The notes beneath the pieces were generated by a model. That model worked only from the letters and a program-made list of their open reading frames with translations, searched no databases and had not been told where the DNA came from. From NCBI GenBank assembly GCA_031259225.1, contig JAIRLT010000263.1:1-20328 (forward strand): 20,328 bases of DNA. Reading direction: 5' to 3'. This DNA comes from Prevotellaceae bacterium (lineage in GTDB: Bacteria > Bacteroidota > Bacteroidia > Bacteroidales > UBA932). Made by a program: the position numbers and the translations under genes. Numbering within the stretch: position 1 is the stretch's first letter; every line of letters begins with the position of its first letter. Positions 15,908 to 20,328 of the stretch are shown here, piece after piece.

Positions 15908-16648
15908 CTATGCAAAAATTTTAAATTTCCCCCAATGCCATTTTTGCAACCGGTATGAAAGCGATACGCCTAATACGCCGAGACCATATTTAATGCTTCT
16001 GCGTATATTGATGGACGAGGCTTCCTTAAAATACTTGGTAGGACAAGTAATTTCGGCGATCTCAAATTTTTTGTAAAAAAGCTGCGCTAACATTTGATTA
16101 TCGAACACGAAGTCATCGGAGTTTATTTCATAGTTCACCGCCTGCAAGGCATTGCGCGAGAAAGCGCGGTAGCCGGTATGGTATTCGCTCAATTTTTGCT
16201 GCATCAAAACATTTTGAAATCCGGTCAATAGCCGGTTGAAGATATATTTATAGCGGGGCATGCCGCCACGTAATGCGCCGCGCCCCAAGATACGCGAACC
16301 CAACACGACATGGTACACATCGTTGGCAATAATGTAGCACATGGATTGCAACAACTTCGGCGTGTACTGGTAATCGGGATGCAACATGACGACAATATCG
16401 GCTTTCAATTCCAGCGCCTTGTTGTAACAACTCTTCTGGTTACCGCCGTAGCCGCGGTTTTTCGGATGTTGCACAATATGTTTTATACCTAAATCATGCG
16501 CTACCTGCACCGTTGTATCATAACTTTTGTCGTCCACTAAAATGACGTCGTCCACTATATCCAAAGGGATTTCGTGATACGTTTTCGCTAATGTTTGCGC
16601 CGCATTATAAGCAGGCAGCACCACTGCAATACGTTTCCCGTTTATCAT
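15908..16648 (-). CDS. Family 2 glycosyltransferase (polyprenyl-phosphate sugar transferase-like)
   Basis: GT2 N-terminus MINGKRIAVVLPAYNAAQTL...VILVDDKSYDTT...VVMLHPDYQYTP. Start set at the Met at 16648, whose ATG overlaps the TPR gene's stop as ATGA. The track ORF extends further upstream into the TPR gene. Confidence 0.8.
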   Translation of the reverse strand: MINGKRIAVVLPAYNAAQTLAKTYHEIPLDIVDDVILVDDKSYDTTVQVAHDLGIKHIVQHPKNRGYGGNQKSCYNKALELKADIVVMLHPDYQYTPKLLQSMCYIIANDVYHVVLGSRILGRGALRGGMPRYKYIFNRLLTGFQNVLMQQKLSEYHTGYRAFSRNALQAVNYEINSDDFVFDNQMLAQLFYKKFEIAEITCPTKYFKEASSINIRRSIKYGLGVLGVSLSYRLQKWHWGKFKIFA

Positions 16649-17742
16649 GATGTTTTTTTGTTTCCGCGTGATTGTAAGAGAATATTGCCTAATTGCAACC
16701 AGTATTTCAGGCAGCCGGGTTCCAGCGTTGCCGCCCTGTACATGTGTTGCAACGCCTGTTCCCACTTGTTAGTATTGGCGTAGGCAACCGCCAGCCCATA
16801 GTGTGCTTCCGCAAAATTATCGTCGAAAATAACGGCTTCCCTGTATGCGGCAAGCGCCTCACGGGAGCAGTTTAATTTTTCGTAGCAGGCAGCCATAGAC
16901 ACATAGGCGGCAGAATTGTCAGGCTCTAATTTTAAGAAAGCTTGGAAGGTATTGATTGCTTCCGGATATTGTTCCTGCTGGACGTAAGTGTTGGCAAGGT
17001 TATAATAAGCCGAAGCGTGTTTTTCGTTTAGCGTAACGGCAAAGTTGAACGCTTGCATTGCTTGTTGGTAGTCATTTTTACGCGCATATACCGTTCCTAT
17101 GTTATACCAGACATTGTCGTTGAAAGGCTCTTCTTTAATGTATTTTTCGTAGTAGTATAAACTTTCATCCAAATTATTCAATCGCTCGTTACAGAAAGCC
17201 ATTTCATTGACTACTTCCATGTCGTCGGGCGCCAGTTCCAATGCGGTTTTTACGTATTTCAACGCCGCAGCGTATTCCTGTTTTTCCATCAGGTCGGAGG
17301 CTACATTCAGCAGCAACGAAAGCTGGTCTTCATCGTCGGTTTGCTGCGTGCATCTGTCGAAATAGTCCGTTGCTTCGGTTATGTTACCCAATTGCATGTA
17401 TGCCATGCCGGTTAAAAATGATAGCTCCGAATCAGTAACGCCTTTTGCTTCCATTTCTTGTAACAGTTGTAATGCGTGCGCCGCTTCCTTTTTTTCAAGC
17501 AGCACGTTGACATAACATAATTTCATATCGTCGGAAAACGGATGCTGCCGGCTGCCGCAATCGGCTACCCGCAAGGCTTCGCTCAATTTGTTTACCAGAA
17601 GGTAATGCTCTACGATTGTTTCGTATTCTTCTTCATCAAAATAATCGGCGCGGTTGTGCTTCACCATATTTTCATAACGGTGAACCAGCGCAGCTACTTC
17701 GGCGCTTTCAAAAAAGGTAGTATCTTCGTCATCCCACCACAT
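16645..17742 (-). CDS. Tetratricopeptide-repeat protein
   Basis: 365 aa with many TPR-like units (AYYNLANTYVQQEQYPEAINTFQAFLKLEPDN, AHYGLAVAYANTNKWEQALQHMYRAATLEP). Confidence 0.75.
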   Translation of the reverse strand: MWWDDEDTTFFESAEVAALVHRYENMVKHNRADYFDEEEYETIVEHYLLVNKLSEALRVADCGSRQHPFSDDMKLCYVNVLLEKKEAAHALQLLQEMEAKGVTDSELSFLTGMAYMQLGNITEATDYFDRCTQQTDDEDQLSLLLNVASDLMEKQEYAAALKYVKTALELAPDDMEVVNEMAFCNERLNNLDESLYYYEKYIKEEPFNDNVWYNIGTVYARKNDYQQAMQAFNFAVTLNEKHASAYYNLANTYVQQEQYPEAINTFQAFLKLEPDNSAAYVSMAACYEKLNCSREALAAYREAVIFDDNFAEAHYGLAVAYANTNKWEQALQHMYRAATLEPGCLKYWLQLGNILLQSRGNKKTS

Positions 17743-18278
17743 TACTTTATTTGAATGGAGAGTAAATAATGTTTCAACTGTTCAATAAAAAGTTTATTGT
17801 TGCCCTGTTCGGGAACAGTTAAAATAAATTCGTACGGATTGTCGGGATAAGCTATTTTGCCGACACGCATTTGCGCATGGGAAAGCGTGGCTACATATTG
17901 CATCGGATAACACAGGGAATGACTGAAATCAATTAAAATATCAAACGGCGACCGGATGAAATTATCCACTTCGCCCGTTACCGGTTTACCGAACCAGTTC
18001 AACTGATCTTTATGGAATAAACGTTTATTGACAGTGGTTATAAAGGATTGCGGCGGCGCCGGTTCGGGGCTGTAAGCCAATAGCTGTACCTTAATGTTCC
18101 GTTCCGTCAAAAATCTTACAAGCATTTGAATATCGTTTTCTGTTGTTGGGTTGTACAGGTATAATATGCCTACCGATTTTGCCGTATTAAAATTATGGAA
18201 TTGCCGTTTGCACTGTTGGTACTTACGTTGCTTTTTCAGTATCCGGCGACCTATACTTCTCTTTACCCCTCCAAACAT
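17742..18278 (-). CDS. Hypothetical protein (about 178 aa), first gene of the hypothetical-TPR-GT2 operon
   Basis: Start chosen at MFGGVKRSIG (18278). A TATCTTTG -7 element lies 20 nt upstream of it. The longer ORF reaching 18320 would include that promoter element. Confidence 0.55.
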   Translation of the reverse strand: MFGGVKRSIGRRILKKQRKYQQCKRQFHNFNTAKSVGILYLYNPTTENDIQMLVRFLTERNIKVQLLAYSPEPAPPQSFITTVNKRLFHKDQLNWFGKPVTGEVDNFIRSPFDILIDFSHSLCYPMQYVATLSHAQMRVGKIAYPDNPYEFILTVPEQGNNKLFIEQLKHYLLSIQIK

Positions 18279-18298
18279 AATAACTTTTTTAGGATGTG

Positions 18299-18306
18299 CA
18301 AAGATA
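18299..18306 (-). promoter_or_regulatory. -7 element TATCTTTG (the same tgcaaagatacaaaa context as at 9357-9371)
   Basis: Plus-strand caaagata, the reverse complement of TAtcTTTG. Confidence 0.5.
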
Positions 18307-18660
18307 CAAAAAAACTCCACAGATTGTATAAAGCGGCAATAGTTTTTTCAGGATAAATACACAAAATTAAGTAATCAAAATTTGGCAGTATATGCCGCGC
18401 TTGCCACGGGTTGCCGGGTGGCTGCATCAAGCGTCCGTCCGGTAACGTCGGTAGCATGCGCCGGCGCAAGGCTCAACCCGCCCGCCAAGAATGCCACATA
18501 TTTTTTCAAACCGTTTATCACATTGCGTTTTTAAGATGATTAATAAAAAGGCGCAAGATAGCATGCCGGCAAGTCTCTCGCAATACCATTAATGTGGTAT
18601 TTTTTACCCTGTGTATTCGGACGAGGTGCTACTGTTGTTGAGAGGATGGAAAAATTTGCG

Positions 18661-18668
18661 TATATTTG
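18661..18668 (+). promoter_or_regulatory. -7 element TATATTTG upstream of the DUF4160 gene
   Basis: An exact TAnnTTTG match 18 nt before the ATG at 18687. Confidence 0.4.
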
Positions 18669-18686
18669 TGGGAAAATAATATTGTT

Positions 18687-18956
18687 ATGGCTGTTATATC
18701 TATGTTTTACGGCATTGTGGTTTACTTGTTTTTGAAGATAACAAACGCCACCATCTTCCACATATCCACGTAAAGTACCAAGACGAGAATGCGGTATTCT
18801 CTATTCCTGACGGCGAATTATTGGAAGGAAGCCTGAAGCCCAATAAAATAAAACTCTTGCAGGCATGGGTAGAGATACATGCCGAAGAACTGCTTGCCGA
18901 TTGGGATTTAGCAATAAGCGGACAAAGAATATTTAAAATAGACCCTTTAAAATAAA
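18687..18956 (+). pseudogene. DUF4160-family gene disrupted by a 1-bp deletion in a T5 run near 18729-18733
   Basis: Frame 1 gives MAVISMFYGIVVYLFLKITNATIFHIST then a stop. The -1 frame continues as FEDNKRHHLPHIHVKYQDENAVFSIPDGELLEGSLKPNKIKLLQAWVEIHAEELLADWDLAISGQRIFKIDPLK, ending at 18956. Restoring a sixth T gives MYLFFEDNKRHHLPHIH, which matches the DUF4160 consensus (MFYGI...HHxPHIH). Confidence 0.6.
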
Positions 18957-18961
18957 GACCC

Positions 18962-19198
18962 ATGAACCCAAGAATTGTCAAGGTACAGCCCGAAAAAGAC
19001 TACATGCTGCGTTTGTGTTTTACAAACGGTGAAATACGGCGTTTTGATGTAAAGCCTTATTTGGAGATAGGTATTTTCCGGGAATTGAAAGATGTTTCAT
19101 TGTTCAATTCCGCCAAGCCGGACGGACTGAGCGTCGAATGGGCAAATGAAGCATCCATTTGTCCCGACACACTATATTTAGACAGCTATCCGGTATAA
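18962..19198 (+). CDS. DUF2442-family small protein, the usual partner of DUF4160
   Basis: 78 aa, MNPRIVKVQPEKDYMLRLCFTNGEIRRFDVKPYLEIGIFRELKD...EWANEASICPDTLY. It starts 6 nt after the DUF4160 stop. Confidence 0.7.
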   Translation: MNPRIVKVQPEKDYMLRLCFTNGEIRRFDVKPYLEIGIFRELKDVSLFNSAKPDGLSVEWANEASICPDTLYLDSYPV

Positions 19199-19296
19199 GC
19201 TACGGACGAGGTGGAGCCTCGCCCGTCCTATCCTGCCCGGATAATCGGAAGGCAACTTTACACAAGTACTATGGTGAGAAAGTCCTGTATGCGCAA

Positions 19297-19378
19297 CAGT
19301 CCTGAAAGGACTTGACTTTCATAACCGCAGGTCACCGACCTGCGGTAGGCGGCGGTAGCCCTGCCTGAAAGGCAGGAC
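19297..19378. repeat. REP-like palindromic hairpins downstream of the RAYT gene
   Basis: Three hairpins: gtcctgaaaggac at 19300-19312, ccgcaggtcACCgacctgcgg at 19325-19345, and cctgccTGAAAggcagg at 19360-19376. Confidence 0.7.
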
Positions 19379-19828
19379 TTAATCTTTCAAAAAGTAACGT
19401 TCATCAATGTCAATGCCGTTCTCTGTCAAAAAACAGCGGTATTCTTCTTCAAAACGGACGGTTTTATGATGTGCTTTCTGGTTTTTAATATAGTTAAAAA
19501 TCGTCTGTTTGTCCTTCAAACTGTAAGTAAATCCGGCGAAGCTGACTGCCCAGCACTCGAAATCCGGAAAATTCGGATTTTTTGCCAGCCATTTACTCGA
19601 ATATTCTTTGAGTTCTTTCATGAAATCAGACAAGGCAATAGTCGGATGTATGTCAACCAGTAAATGGATATGATTTTCCGTGCCTCCAATACGGTACAGC
19701 TTCGATTTTTTATTATTGACGATGCCCATAATGTAGGCATATAATTCTTTTTCGTGTGCTTCGGGGATTGTTGGCTTACCGTATTTTGTGCGAAATACGA
19801 TATGGTAGAGAAGACGTGTGTAGCTCAT
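19379..19828 (-). mobile_element. REP-associated tyrosine transposase (RAYT, IS200/IS605 TnpA-like Y1 HUH transposase)
   Basis: 149 aa. HUH motif ENHIHLLVDIHP. N-terminus YHIVFRTKYGKPTI, typical of IS200-like TnpA. Flanked on both sides by palindromic REP hairpins. Confidence 0.8.
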
Positions 19829-19845
19829 ACTTTCAGTGTTTTTAG

Positions 19846-19962
19846 TCCTGCCTTTCAGGCAGGATAGTGGTTGTGTTTTTTTTCCGCAGGTCGTTGACCT
19901 GCGGTTATGGATTTTCCGCAGGTTGACCTGCGGTTATGGATCTATTGCCTTTCAGGCAGGTT
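19846..19962. repeat. REP-like palindromic hairpins upstream of the RAYT gene (inverted relative to the downstream set)
   Basis: Four hairpins: cctgccTTTCAggcagg at 19848-19864 (its loop is the reverse complement of the downstream copy's loop), ccgcaggtcGTTgacctgcgg at 19884-19904, ccgcaggtTGacctgcgg at 19915-19932, and cctTTCAggcagg at 19946-19960. Confidence 0.7.
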
Positions 19963-20063
19963 CTGTTGTCTGCCATAAATTTATATGAAAAAAATTGAAT
20001 TCTACATACAAGCGGATAAAAATTGTGCCGCTTAGTATCAACAAAAATATGATTTACATTATT

Positions 20064-20071
20064 CAAAGATA
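20064..20071 (-). promoter_or_regulatory. Candidate -7 element TATCTTTG on the minus strand, reading toward the REP/RAYT region
   Basis: Plus-strand caaagata lies immediately downstream (on the minus strand) of the bidirectional terminator. Confidence 0.3.
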
Positions 20072-20072
20072 T

Positions 20073-20110
20073 AAAAAAGGGGAAAATAACCTAAGCTATT
20101 TTCCCTTTTT
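20073..20110. terminator. Bidirectional rho-independent terminator
   Basis: An A6 run, then a 9-bp stem GGGAAAATA/TATTTTCCC with loop ACCTAAGC, then T5. It lies about 25 nt after the stop (20131) of the minus-strand gene at the window end. Confidence 0.7.
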
Positions 20111-20130
20111 AGATTTTTAGGGGGGTATTG

Positions 20131-20328
20131 TTACGGTATGATAGCGCTTTCGATTTCGCTCCAGGGACCTTTTTCGCCCTTTTCGTTTTGCCAGCAGATG
20201 GCGACGTATACCGTTTTCCCGCGCTCTTCGTCGGTAAATTCGAGGATATACGGCGTACGCGTTGCCAGCACGTTGCGTGCCAGCGCAGACACGCCGGCGG
20301 GCGGGGCGTCGAGCACATCATAAATGAT
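20131..20328 (-). CDS. C-terminal 65 codons of an unidentified protein whose start lies beyond the window
   Basis: The open frame runs in from the window edge (...IIYDVLDAPPAGVSALARNVLATRTPYILEFTDEERGKTVYVAICWQNEKGEKGPWSEIESAIIP, then a stop) and is followed by a terminator. Confidence 0.5.
   Translation of the reverse strand: MIYDVLDAPPAGVSALARNVLATRTPYILEFTDEERGKTVYVAICWQNEKGEKGPWSEIESAIIP

Noticed and set aside
18390-18480. GC-rich island in an otherwise AT-rich intergenic stretch, with an overlapping 68-aa minus-strand ORF (18263..18469)
   Set aside because: No coherent ORF, RNA fold or repeat could be supported from sequence alone. It may be a gene remnant.
19884-19932. Repeated ccgcaggt..acctgcgg palindromes that could superficially resemble CRISPR repeats
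   Set aside because: Only two or three copies with irregular spacing. They are paired with a second palindrome type and flank a RAYT gene. These are REP elements, not a CRISPR array.

Overview
This window looks like Bacteroidota chromosome: the sigma-A -7 consensus TAnnTTTG recurs before most operons, and a conserved tig-clpP-clpX block is present. The left 9.4 kb is GC-rich and the rest is AT-richer. From left to right the window holds eleven elements. (1) The N-terminal 657 codons of a large secreted MG2-domain protein (alpha-2-macroglobulin family) on the minus strand, running off the window. (2) A tightly packed 8-gene minus-strand operon at 2255-9355: a FabH-like KS III, a 131-aa unknown, a BtrH_N-domain protein, an ABC ATPase, an ABC-2 permease, an ACP, a FabF-like ketosynthase and a non-catalytic KS partner. 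It looks like an uncharacterised fatty-acid/type-II-PKS-like biosynthetic cluster with a dedicated exporter. It has a strong intrinsic terminator downstream, a possibly leaderless promoter upstream, and related ATTTACNG octamer and GC-palindrome repeats in inverted orientation at both ends. (3) A 788-aa flotillin/SPFH-family protein with at least four tandem ~75-aa internal repeats. (4) tRNA-Leu(TAG). (5) tig, clpP, clpX. (6) tRNA-Arg(TCT). (7) A minus-strand operon of a hypothetical protein, a TPR protein and a GT2 glycosyltransferase. (8) A DUF4160/DUF2442 gene pair in which DUF4160 is frameshifted in a T5 homopolymer. (9) A REP-associated tyrosine transposase (RAYT, IS200-like) flanked on both sides by palindromic REP hairpins. 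(10) A bidirectional terminator. (11) The 3' end of another minus-strand gene. No CRISPR array and no rRNA were seen.
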